NCBI RefSeq assembly: GCF_001194135.2
Contig: NC_068989.1
Span: 37,785,555 to 37,822,089, forward strand
Length of the DNA stretch: 36,535 nt
Source of the DNA: Octopus bimaculoides
Lineage: Eukaryota
Direction: 5' to 3'
The notes under the pieces: model-generated
The model's database searches: none
Told to the model about the DNA's origin: nothing
What the model saw: the letters and a program-made list of their open reading frames with translations, nothing else
Translations under genes and position numbers: made by a program
Shown: positions 22,035 to 34,110 of the stretch, in pieces
Numbering within the stretch: the stretch's first letter is position 1
How the letters are laid out: each line of letters opens with the position of its first letter

Positions 22035-22346
22035 CTGTAAGTAGGACGATATCGTAAATATATACCTTTTAAGATGGTAATATATATTTTTATATATCAA
22101 TATAGTTTTTCTACCAATATATGTCTATTGTATTTTTATATATTCATGTATCTAAATTCTTAATATTTTTCAATATTTTAATGAGTGATACATATATTTT
22201 AATAATTTGCATACACCGGTTTTATGGCTGAGTATATGTTGTATTATTATTCTAAATTGTTGAAACTACCCGAATTCTACTTTTAAATAGAATATATATA
22301 ACCATATATATGAGTATGTATTTAGGTATGTATGGCCGGATAAACA

Positions 22347-23978
22347 TATATCTTTTCTTTCCTTTTTTTCCTTAGCATCGTTTTTTTTAAAGTAATTTTA
22401 CTTACTCTTTTTTTAATAGTACATATATAGTTCCAATTCTCTATATTCCACCACAGGTGGCAGTTCATCAAACTCTACCTCAACTCCTGGTGGATCAATA
22501 TCTTTTCCAAATATTTCCTTCAATTTATTATACCTCTCTCTATCTATAACAATTGCTTTCATATTTTCCGTGTAAATCTCGGTAGACAACCTAACTCTTA
22601 TTATGGATTTAAACTTTATCTTTTTTCTATCGCCGTGCTCTTGGCGTATATCACCAAATTCCGCTTGTGTTTCTTCGGTTGTCTCACCTGTTTGTTTTTT
22701 CCTTGTTCCACCTTTGGCGTCTCCACTCTGTCTTTGTACTCCTCCATTTTAGTTAATGTCGATGCTTCACTTTCATGCTGTTGTCTTTCTTCACTACCCA
22801 ACTCCTCCTCCTCTTCATCTTCTGCTGGTGTAGCTAGTAAATTTGTTTTTGTCACCGCCTTCTCAACTTCCTTCTCATCTTCTTTTTCTGCCTCTCCGGT
22901 GGAGAGCCTACTCGTTCTTTTCTATTTTGCTTATTTACCACTGTGAACGCCGTTTCTGTTACTACCGTCTCCTTCACACCGTCTTGTACCACTTCGTCTT
23001 CCTTCTCTTGTTCTTCAGACTGTTCCATCCGTTGTTCCTCCTCTCTCTGGGGACACCTTGCCTTCATTTGGCCTTTCTCCCCACATAGATAGCATATGGG
23101 AGGCCTACCCTCCACTACCACTCTCAGCCTCACATCCTCTGGTAACATTATTTTCTCTGCAATTTTGTTTAAGTCATTTAAACTTGCTTGTATGACCATC
23201 TCTATGACATAACCCTTTCAATTTAACCTTTTGGTTCTTGTCACTTTAAGTATTCTTACGTCTTCCTCCTTGTTAAACATCATCGCTGCTACTAACCATG
23301 TTTCATTTATTTCTGGGGGATTCTTTCCCCACTCTCACCCTGGCAACACGCTTGCCACTATACTTCGTATAGTACCCATTCTTCTGGCTATAGTGGAGTA
23401 CTTTATCGCTTCGTCTTCAGTCGCGAATAGCACCTCCACTGTGCCATACTTTCTTCCTCTTCTGATGAAAGTGGTGAACTTCATAAGCTCTTTTAAATAC
23501 TCTTCGATAGCCTCAATGGTTGCAAATTCGATTTTTCTCGATGACAACTTCAGTGTTTTATATATTACAGTTCTTTTTGTCGCACTATTCGTTAGATCTT
23601 CTGGTGGCGTTAATTCCAAAGTATTACCTTCTCTTTTCAACAATTTCTCACATTCGTTCAGCTTCTACGGTTCCACCTTCACCTCACGAACCACCAAAGC
23701 GTCAGAGTCCACTCCTCTGCCAGTTGCTGCCGCATAACTGTGGCCTTTTGCTGGCCCAATTTTCATTTTCTTCTCTTCTCAGGTTCCCCTATAAATAGGA
23801 AGAAAACAAATACAAATCAACAAACTCGTATGTAAAAATAGCAACAACAATTTCAACAATCAACAATCGGAGGTACATCCATGAGGGGAGACCTTCAACA
23901 AATATATTATAACACCACATACTTCTACGGAATTACAAGGATTTAACACACCACGCTGTACTCAACTCGAATTAACAC
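22347..23978 (-). mobile_element. ORF1-only non-LTR-like element, copy A (3' UTR truncated)
   Basis: Colinear with 23979-25803. Shared 5' end GTGTTAATTCGAGTTGAGTACAG. Confidence 0.8.
22390..23766 (-). pseudogene. L1/Tx1-type ORF1 protein remnant (RRM-like, CCHC knuckle, charged region, C-terminal domain), copy A
   Basis: MKIGPAKGHS..., YGTVEVLFATEDEA, LRVVVEGRPPICYLCGEKGQMKARC, KAIVIDRERYNKLKEIFGKDIDPPG. Disrupted by stops and frameshifts. Confidence 0.75.
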
Positions 23979-25803
23979 GTATTCTTTATTAAGCACTCAG
24001 GCTTTTACACAGAGGGTACAGCACAAGGACAGACAGAATACCACAGTGGGGACAAAAAGCATAAAACGAATGAAAACGAGAAAAATGTTTTATAATAAAT
24101 GAAAATGAAATGGCTGCATGAGTCCCACCTTCATGCAGTACCATTTGAACGTTTTTTCAGGCAGTTTATAATCTTTTCTTCTTTCCTTTTCTTTTTTCCA
24201 TTAGCATTGGTTTTTTTTAAAGAAATTTTACTTTTTTGTAATAGTTCATATATGGTTCCAATTCTCTATATTCCATCACTGGCAGCAGTTCATCAAACTC
24301 CACCTCCCGGTGGATCAATATCCCTTCCAAACATTTCCTTTAACCAGTTATACCTCTCTTTATCTATAACAATTGCTTTCACATTTTCCATGTAAGCCTC
24401 CGTAAGTACCTTAACCCTTATTATGGATTTAAACTTCGTTATCTTTTTTTCTATCGCCGTGATCTTGGCGTATGTCACCAAGTTCCACTTATGTTTCTTC
24501 GGTTTTCTCACCTGTTTGTTTTTTCCTTCTCCACCCTTGGCGCTTTCACACTGTCTTTATTCTTCTCCATTTTAGGTAATGTCGATGCTTCACTTTTATG
24601 CTGTTGTCTCTCTACACCACCCAAATCCTCTTCCTCTACTAGTACAGCTAATACACTTGCTACTGTCACCTCCTTCTCAAGCTCCTTCTCAACCTCTTTC
24701 TCAACTTCATTCTCAACCGCCTTATCCACTCCCCTTTTCTTTCTCTGCCTCTCCGGTGGAGAGCCCTCTCGTTCCTTTCTTTTTCGTTTTTCAATCACTG
24801 TGAACGCTTCCTCTGTTACTACCGTCTCCTTCACGCCATCTTGCACCATTTCGTCCACCCTCTTCCACTCCTCAAACCGCTCCATCCATTGCGCCTCCTC
24901 TCTCCGGGAGCACCTCACCTTCATGTAACCTCCCTCCCCGCATTGATAACATATGGGAGGCCCGCCCCCAACCACCACCACTCTCAGCCTCACATCCTCT
25001 GGTAAAACCATTTCCTCTGCAATTTTATTCAAGTCATTAAAATCTGCTTGTATGGCCATCTCCATGCCACAACCCCATCAATCCAACCTTTTGGTTCCTG
25101 TCACCCGCAAGCATTCTTATGTCTTCCTCCATGTCAAACATTATCGTTGCAACCAACTATGCTTCATTCATTTCTGGAGGCACTCCTCCCACTCCCACCC
25201 TGGCAACTTGCCTGCTACAGTACGTTGGCAAAAGTACCCATTCTTCCATCCTCACAGTCACAGTGGAGTGCTTCCCTGCTTCGTCCTCAGTCACAAATTA
25301 AACCTCCACCGTGCCATACCTTCCTCCTCCCATGATGAAAGTGGTGAACTGCCCGATCTCCTTCAAACACTCCTCAACAATCTCGAGAGTTGCAACTTCA
25401 ACCCTTCTTGATGACACCCTCAGTGCTCCGTATATCACAGTTCTTTCTATCACACCCCTCGCTAGATCCCCCAGTGGCACCAACCTCAAATTATCACCTT
25501 CTCCCCTCAACAACTTCCCACACTCCCCAAGCCTCCTTGACTCCACCCTCACCTCACAAACCAACAAAGCATCAGAGCCCACTCCTCCGCCAGCTGCTGC
25601 CGCACAACTGTGGCCCTTTGCTGGTCCAATTTCCATTTTTCTTATAAATAGGAAACTCGTATGTAAAAACAACAACAGCAATTCCAACAATCAACAATCG
25701 CAGGCACACCCACGAGGGGAGACCTTCAGCAAACACTATAACACCACTTCTACGGAATCACAAGGATTTAATACACCACACTGTACTCAACTCGAATTAA
25801 CAC
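23979..25803 (-). mobile_element. ORF1-only non-LTR-like element, copy B (1825 bp, apparently complete)
   Basis: 5' UTR, single ORF, 3' UTR with AATAAA (23990-23985) ending at the first base of copy A. No EN or RT motifs. Confidence 0.8.
24217..25636 (-). pseudogene. L1/Tx1-type ORF1 protein remnant, copy B
   Basis: MEIGPAKGHS..., GRYGTVEV*FVTEDEA, GGPPICYQCGEGGYMKVRC, KAIVIDKERYNWLKEMFGRDIDPPG. In-frame stop at ~25298 and a 4-bp deletion near 24305. Confidence 0.75.
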
Positions 25804-26369
25804 ATAAACTTCACTCCAACTGCTACTATTTATAATCACTTGGTCCAGTCTGTTTCTCACAAGGGGGCGTCATGACTCTTATCACAACAAAACCACAAAC
25901 CAGCTTGATAAATGGTGAAATAAATAAATATTTTGGCCAGGAATCTCTGGGTAGCTGTATTTCACTAGACATTTTATGGTTTTTATTATAACATATATGT
26001 AATATTGATCTCATATTTTCTGTCCAAAGAAATATGTAAACTTATAATGCAACTACTTTTCTTACTATGAAAGAAGCGACCAGTACACTCTGTTAGGTGA
26101 CCGGTATTAAAAACGGAATCAAATCACAGATGCCATGCTAAACCTGAAATATTAGACCATGTGGTTGTCCTCCAACTTTTAGGATGCTGTTGAACAAGCT
26201 AAGCCATGGTAGTATGCAAAGAAGGCATGTAATGGTGATGATAATTATATACAATTGTGTACATATAATTTTAAATGTGAAAATAAATCTTCGTAAGAAG
26301 TTGCTGAAATGCAAATGTAGCTATAAATAACAGATCATAAAATATCAGGTGAAATCCCTCAGATGTATA

Positions 26370-26388
26370 GATGTGTATGTGTGGGTGT

Positions 26389-26465
<77 letters not shown>

Positions 26466-26700
26466 CATATTGATATATGTATGCCTATGTGTGTATATGT
26501 ATACATATATATGTATATCTACATACACATATATACATATACTTATATATATATTTATATCTATATGTATGTATATATGTACGTACATATATTTACACAT
26601 TTATATATATCTTTGTCTCTGTAATGTATATACACACACACACAAACACACGCTTACAATTATGCATATTATATATATGATACATATTGTCTGCCTATAA
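26370..26700. repeat. (TG)n/(TA)n compound microsatellite; similar tracts at ~19600-19800, 27050-27190, 27420-27560, 30600-30910, 31475-31525, 31650-31760, 31900-32015, 32225-32280 and 36400-36535
   Basis: Directly visible. Confidence 0.95.
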
Positions 26701-27057
26701 CTATGCATATACACTCTGTTATTATTGCTGTACACTACTTTATTTCATTGCACATAAGGGCATCACTTTGATCTATCTTGCACATGTGGCTGCACAAAAT
26801 CCTTTGATGGGAACATGAAACATGATCTAAATTTGGATGTCTCGCTAATATGACTGTTTGTTGTAAACAGCAGACATATCAATGTCCACTCACTGTCTAA
26901 TGTAGCCAGCATGTACATGGTGCTGGTGCTGATATCTGTGCTGTTAAACTACGGCTGATACAAATCTATTAGAAGCTTAGTTTTCTGTTTGTCCATCATC
27001 CAGTCAGATTATTTAAGATGGATATAGTTGCAAAAATTGCTAACCTGCTTTATGTGT

Positions 27058-27108
<51 letters not shown>

Positions 27109-27624
27109 CATATATACACACAGACACAAACACACATATACATACAGTCTGACTTACACAGACATAGATGTATATACACATATAAGATGAAAGAGCCAAT
27201 GGTATTGAGAGAAGAATATCTTCCACACTAGTGTGTTCACTATTTTACTGATATTAGCTTACTGGTATAAAAGTTCCTCTTAAATCTTATTGTAGTTATC
27301 TTGCTGATTTTGTTGTGATTTTTATTGAGTTACGCATCTCCTTCCAAACATTTTTGCGTACTTCTTCCAGGAAATCATTTGAAGAAAATAGTCAGCATCT
27401 ATTAATAATAGAATGAGTGTACGTGTGTGTGTGTGCGTGTGTGTTTGTTTGTGCATGTACATGTACACGCGTGTGTGTATGTGTGTGTGTGTGTGTGTGC
27501 ATGTATGCTTGTATGTGTGTGAACTTGTCCATGTATGCATGTATGAGTGTGAGTATGTGAAGTGATGTTCTAGTAATTTAAAGGTAATAAGTTCAGATGC
27601 AAGCCCAGGATTTGTTTTGTTGCT

Positions 27625-27770
27625 CCATTATGTAGAGAATCACTTCACCGCATAGTTTCAGATTCAGTCCTACTGCACCGCACCATGGACATGTTTTCTA
27701 CTATAGCCCAAAGTTGACCAAAGCCATGTGAGCATATTTGGTAGATAGCAACTGAAAACAGCTTTTCATG
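27625..27770 (+). mobile_element. tRNA-derived SINE head and body (family C), diverged
   Basis: GATTCAGTCCTACTGC...TTCTACTATAGCC...GACCAAAGCCATGTGAG...GGTAGA...AACTGAAA matches the reverse complement of 29165-29308. Confidence 0.65.
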
Positions 27771-28013
27771 TGTGTGTGTGTGTGTGTATATATATTCACC
27801 ATGCTAGACTCCTGAGGTCTACAAGTTTTTTTCATTCTCTCTCTGTTTATTTTCTCTTATTCCTTTCTGTTGAAGAGCGTAGGTTGGAAACATAAAAGAC
27901 TTTTTCATTTTTCCTGAGCATCAAACTAATACACTTGCCTGTTGTTCATACACCTGTCTTCATCCTTTGTTTTTCTTTAAATTTAAACTATATATATATA
28001 TATATATATATAT

Positions 28014-28460
28014 NNNNNNNNNNNNNNNNNNNNNNNNNNNNNNNNNNNNNNNNNNNNNNNNNNNNNNNNNNNNNNNNNNNNNNNNNNNNNNNNNNNNNNN
28101 NNNNNNNNNNNNNNNNNNNNNNNNNNNNNNNNNNNNNNNNNNNNNNNNNNNNNNNNNNNNNNNNNNNNNNNNNNNNNNNNNNNNNNNNNNNNNNNNNNNN
28201 NNNNNNNNNNNNNNNNNNNNNNNNNNNNNNNNNNNNNNNNNNNNNNNNNNNNNNNNNNNNNNNNNNNNNNNNNNNNNNNNNNNNNNNNNNNNNNNNNNNN
28301 NNNNNNNNNNNNNNNNNNNNNNNNNNNNNNNNNNNNNNNNNNNNNNNNNNNNNNNNNNNNNNNNNNNNNNNNNNNNNNNNNNNNNNNNNNNNNNNNNNNN
28401 NNNNNNNNNNNNNNNNNNNNNNNNNNNNNNNNNNNNNNNNNNNNNNNNNNNNNNNNNNNN
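28014..28460. other. Assembly gap (N run) within a TA microsatellite
   Basis: Run of Ns. Confidence 0.99.
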
Positions 28461-28489
28461 TATATATGTATATGTATACACACATACAT

Positions 28490-28910
28490 ACAAAGTCTGA
28501 TCTGAAAGTATTGGGACTGTTGCTATCGTAACAGAACTAAAGGTCACAGAGTGAAGCTGCTTGGCACAAATTGACCTTGAACTCTGTCGCACATACACAC
28601 TAAGTTAATAGCATTCTGCTGTTTATGGTAGTGCTTGGAAGTAAAGTGGGATTCACTAAAAAAGCTCACATTTCAGCTATGCAGGATCTTCTTGATTGCT
28701 TTTAAGTAAGATGAAGACTTTTTGAAAATGGCTGTAACAGGTGACGAATCTTGGTTTGTGACAATGACACCGAAACCAAATGTTGAGGAAATCCAGGATA
28801 ATGTGATGAGGCAGCTTTTTACTATTCCAAAACAGGAGTTCTAGGAATGCTTCCATCAATGGAAATGATGCTGGATAAAATGTGTAGCTTCAGAAGAGGA
28901 CTGTTTGGCT
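28490..28910 (+). mobile_element. Internally deleted mariner/Tc1-type remnant
   Basis: TIR-like AAGTCTGATCTGAAAGTATTGGGACTG, then QDLLDCFK*DEDFLKMAVTGDESW (~28680-28752) joined directly to C-terminal NVMRQL..IPKQEF*ECFHQWK. Confidence 0.7.
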
Positions 28911-29164
28911 ATTCCCTTGTCCTTCTCCACTGCTTTGAGAGGTGATGCTAGTGCTGCTTTTCTTTCTTGGGAGTTTTTGTTTTCTTTTCCTTCTCAATAT
29001 ATATATATTCTTTTACCAGCATCGGTTGTCAAGTGATGGTGGGAGGGGGAAAACACAGACACACACACACTTACACACACACACACATGCAAATACACAC
29101 ATACACGTAAATACACACACACACACACGCAAACACACACACACACACACATGTATATATACGA

Positions 29165-29308
29165 TGGGCTTCTTTCAGTTTCTCTCCACCAAATCCACTC
29201 ACAAAGCTTTGATCAGCCTAAGGCTCTAATGGAAGACACTTGCCCAAGATGCCACACAGTGGGACTGAATCTGGAACCATGTGGTTGAGAAGCAAGCTTT
29301 TTACCACA
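29165..29308 (-). mobile_element. tRNA-derived SINE (family C) 5' part
   Basis: Minus strand TGTGGTAAAAAGCTTGCTTCTCAACCACATGGTTCCAGATTCAGTCCCACTG, with a B-box-like GATTCAGTCCC. A further diverged copy lies at ~35440-35545 (-). Confidence 0.75.
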
Positions 29309-30751
29309 TATATATAAGTCTGTGTGTATATTTCCTTGTAATGAAATTTCATGATATTTGTAAAAGAGTGTTAGCATCTTACAAGTGTGAATTTTGAATC
29401 AACATTAAAAATATGCCATGGGGAAATATTACCTTGCTTGGAAACAGCTGAAGGTTGGTGAGAGGAAGAGCATCCAGTTGTAGAAAATTTACATAAACAA
29501 ATTGCATCTGGCCCATGCAAGCATGGAAAAGTGGATGTTCAGATGATGAAGATGCCCTCTCCGCTCTTCATATTTTCTATCAAGTTTTTATCCACAATTC
29601 CATTATCTATCATTCTGTTTCTCACAATTCTCCCTCTTTCTAGTTAATATTCTTCATCTTTCAGAGTTTATCTCCCCTCAGGTTGATCTTTCGCCTTTCT
29701 ATCTCCTTAAAATTGGGAAAATACAGAACAGAGGTGGTGTAATAAGATTGAAACATATTAGTTGTCATGACTGGAATGTTTTTGACAATAAGTTTATTCA
29801 GTCCAGTCTGATTTGGGACTAAACAAATGTAGCAACTCCTTAGGTTAGGTCTATGCTAATTAAATCCTCAATGGGTTTATTAAGTTCTCTCCTTCTCACC
29901 ACCTCACTCTGTGAGTATGAGTATATGTATTAACTGATCCTTGTATTGATGTGTGTGTGCACGTATGTGTGCACGTGTGTGTGTGTGCATGTGTGCATGT
30001 GTTTACTTGATTGTTTGTTTCCCTCACTCTGAATATACTTCTACTAACCTCTGCATGTGCAGATGCAAAATACCTACACAAATGTGTGTTATGCTTTATG
30101 CACTGTCTGTAAATGTAGTTGTATGTATGTGTTAATGAATGTGTGTATTAGTTTTAATTTCACTTACTTGTTTATTCACCCTTCAGATGTTTCACCTATT
30201 TATTTACAGGTGTTTGTATGCATACGACAGTGCTTACTTTTGCTAGACTGCATCTTTTACGAGACTAGTATATTTTCATTTAATTTCTCTTCCTCTACCT
30301 CAACCTCTCTCTATTTACATTCATACACACACACATACACACACACATACTCCTCTCCCTCTTTTGCTATTTGTCTCTCTGTTTGTCCTATGTAAAACAC
30401 TTGACAATGCTTAAAGTATACAATCTTATATACCAAAACAAAGTGCAGATGGGCAGACAGAGATTGAATCAAATAATGAGAAACTATAGAGTAGTACCAG
30501 GTGTATGTACATAATAGACATTCTCAACATTGTGTGTATATATTATTCCACTTTTCAGTCTATCTGTCTATCATTCTTTCTATCCATCCACTCACCCACC
30601 TTGTTAAATACACACATGTGCATGCGTGCATGTACACACACCCACCCACGTATGTATGTGTTATGTATGTATATATGTATGTATTATGTATGTGTATATA
30701 TGTATGTATTATATATATGTATATGTATTATGTATTATATATATGTATATG

Positions 30752-30864
<113 letters not shown>

Positions 30865-30877
30865 TATATATATACAC

Positions 30878-30909
<32 letters not shown>

Positions 30910-30921
30910 TGTAAAAAGTAA

Positions 30922-31292
30922 AGTCCCCCTTCAATTATGAATAACCATGGGATTGCACCTCTGAGGCATAAGTCCAGGCCAAGCTGTTTATGGAAGACCT
31001 GTGGTTGCCCATGCATACCAGTGTCTCCTATCCATGCCACTGGTGTTATCCAAGGGAAAAGCAAAGGCTGGTACAGCTTGGCACCAACGATGTCCCAACT
31101 CATTTCTACAGCTGAGTGAAATTAAGTGTCTAGCTCAATGTGAAATTAAGTGTCTAGCTCAATGTGAAATTAAGTGTCTAGCTCAATGTGAAATTAAGTG
31201 TCTAGCTCAAGAACACAATGCATAACCCGGTCTGGGAATCGAATTCAACCTCACAATTGTAAGCTCAGTCCTCTAACCACTGAGCCATGCGC
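30922..31292 (-). mobile_element. tRNA-derived SINE (family D) with an internal 24-bp tandem expansion
   Basis: Head GCGCATGGCTCAGTGGTTAGAG (A-box TGGCTCAGTGG) and B-box-like AATTCGATTCCC. Ends against a (TA)/(CA) tract. Confidence 0.8.
31117..31210. repeat. Perfect 24-bp tandem repeat x3.9 (TGAAATTAAGTGTCTAGCTCAATG)
   Basis: Identical units read directly. Confidence 0.95.
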
Positions 31293-31473
31293 TTGTGTAT
31301 TATATATATCAGCTTCAAAATTAAAAACAAAAGACAGTGACAGGTAAAGGAACAACAAACAAGGTAGATTAGTTTGATAATTTGGTGCTCAGGAAGAATG
31401 CAAAAAGTCATTGATGCTTGGAGCCCATGTTCAGAAAAGCAAACAGAGAAATAAGGCATGTCTGGATTAATGG

Positions 31474-31527
<54 letters not shown>

Positions 31528-31698
31528 TGACAATATCAAAAATAAGGATTACTCCAAAGTATATTATATGATTATTTTGAGTAGTTCATGGAAAATACTG
31601 TTGAAAAATATTTTTTTATAGTCTACTTTTTTCAGACTGGTGGACAACTGACCAATTATATATGTGTGTGTGTGTGTGTGTGCCTGTGTGTGTGTGTA

Positions 31699-31738
<40 letters not shown>

Positions 31739-32029
31739 CTATATACACATACATACTTGCTCACACTTGTATGTACAGGTTTGGTGATACAAGCAAGCAA
31801 TAAAATAAAACTCAGCAAGTTTGATAAGTTCCAGTGCGTCACTCTCAGCTTTTGAGTTACTTTTGTAACTTCAGATTATATGAAAAGTATGCTTGCACAC
31901 GTTATACATATTTATATGTATATGTGTGTATGTATGCATGTATGTATATAAGTATACCCACACATACACAACTTGTGTGTAAATATATATACACATACAC
32001 AATATGTATATATATAAAGTAAAAAAAAA

Positions 32030-32200
32030 AGAGAAAAACAACAAAAAAAACAACAACACGAGGACGTGGTACATGCAAAGTATTAATAAGACGCTCAGAG
32101 AAGGAAAGAAAGAGTGGTTGTTTTACATTTTGAGCAAAGCTCTTCTTTGGAAACAGGAGACATAGGAAAGTCCAAAAGAAAAGGAAGAAGGAGGAAAAAA
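32030..32200 (-). mobile_element. Second, decayed copy of the hammerhead-bearing repeat
   Basis: Minus strand TGTTTCCAAAGAAGAGCTTTGCTCAAAATGTAAAA...TCTTTCTTTCCTTCTCTGAGCGTCT...CACGTCCTCGTGTTG is colinear with 1350-1445. Confidence 0.7.
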
Positions 32201-32229
32201 TCGGCAAACAGTCACACATACACAATATA

Positions 32230-32285
<56 letters not shown>

Positions 32286-32759
32286 TAGTGATAATTACAC
32301 TCACATACCTGCTTGCACATACATATCTGTACATGTGCATATTCACATACACATTCACATACACATACGTCCATGCACACCTATATAACTTACCTAACAA
32401 CATGTATATTAAACGCTCTTCTCTCCTCAACACCATCACCATGATCATTACCATTCACTACCATATATTTTCTTTCCCTGTCATCATCTCACTCATCTCT
32501 TACATCATTATCACTATTTTCCCTGCCAAATTCTCTTTGAATTGCCACAACCACTGTTTAGTTTTTATGCATACCATCATCTTGTTACACATGATTGCAC
32601 CAGTTAATTGCACCTATGCAGATATCACCTGCAGCAATAACAGCAGCACCAGCAAGGGCAACAGTCTCCTCAGTTCATTCTTATAGACTTACATTATACA
32701 GTAGAGGCAACTTTTAGAACCTAGTTATGCGTGTAATACATTTGTACTCTACTTCTCAT

Positions 32760-33285
32760 GCATTCTGATATCCTTATCTCCTCCAGTACCACATCACCTC
32801 TTTCAACATACTCCTACCATGTCCTCTCCTTCTTCCTCCTCCTCTACTCCTACCTCTGCTTCCTCTTCTACTTTCACCTCTACTTCCTCCTCTGTCTCCC
32901 CCTCTACCTCCCCATTCTCCTCTTCCTCCTTCTTCACCATCTCCTCTCCCTTCCTACTCCTCATCATCCATTGGCCTCCTCCTCTGCCTCTTTTATCACC
33001 TTCTCCTGCACCATCCCCTTACTGATCCTCCTCCTCCCCCTCCTTCTCTTTTTCACTCAGTGTACCCTTGCTCCATTACTCATGTGTCTTTCAACCCCCA
33101 CTACCCATCTGATGTTTTTCTTGTTTTCTTCATATTTTCATGGGAAATTCATTTTGTTTTAGATGCTCTCTCTCTCTCTCTTTCTCTCTCATATTATCTG
33201 TTTCTGTTTCCATTACTCTTACTCTCACTTACTCTCTCCCCTCTCTCTCTATCCAGCTATCTATTAACCTATGTAACTGAATTCC

Positions 33286-33324
<39 letters not shown>

Positions 33325-33329
33325 CTCTC

Positions 33330-33413
<84 letters not shown>

Positions 33414-33720
33414 GAACTAACTTAATGAATTTTCTCTTTCACATTTCTCTTTCTTTCTCCCCCCCCCCTATCTTTCTCCTCACACTTTCACTCTCTGCAT
33501 ACTTTCACTTTTCCTTTAGTCAGTTCTCTCTCTTTTCTCCTTTTTCCCAGTTCATTTTCTCTCCCATATATTTTATATTCTTGCTTCATTCTTCACCCTC
33601 TGTGTATCTTTCACCCTCTCTCTTTAACTTCCATTTTCCTTCACCCATTCTTCTTATTTTGTTCTGCTCTTCAATTTTCTTTCCCCACTTCAAATTATTT
33701 TCGTTCTTTTCTTGAGATCT
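32760..33720. repeat. Pyrimidine-rich low-complexity region with (CCT)-, (CT)-, (TG)- and (CA)-type tracts
   Basis: Directly visible. The Ser/Pro/Leu-rich ORFs are compositional artefacts. Confidence 0.9.
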
Positions 33721-34078
33721 ACTCTGTTTCTACTCTTTTATTCTTCATTTTTTTTTGTTTTTGACTATTATCAGCCTCTCATACACTTTACCTCAACACA
33801 TTCCCGCTATCTTTTTAACATTCAATCTAAAATTTTTTAATTTCTAAAACCATAACAATAGAATCTTGTTTGTATTTCTCAGCCAGTTTACTTCGATTTT
33901 CTCAAACAACTTAATGAAACAAAACAAAAACAAAAAAAACAACAAATAAATAAAGATAAATGAATAAAATAAAATAGAAATAAAAGAACAAGGGGAAAAT
34001 GAAAATTTCTTTAAATTACTACTACTACTACTAAATAATTCTTGGATATTTGTAATAAGTAGGATTTTTTATGTATGC

Positions 34079-34110
<32 letters not shown>

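Noticed and set aside
23056-24950. Novel CCQC/CCYC zinc-knuckle variants in the ORF1-like copies
   Set aside because: Codons CAA (copy A) and TAC (copy B) are each one substitution from His CAC, so independent decay is the simplest explanation.
26860-26960. Candidate terminal exon with a hydrophobic, GPI-like C-terminus (SNVASMYMVLVLISVLLNYG*) on +, and a ~60-codon open frame on -
   Set aside because: Weak polypyrimidine tract, no upstream partner exons, no recognised homology, and open frames on both strands suggest chance.
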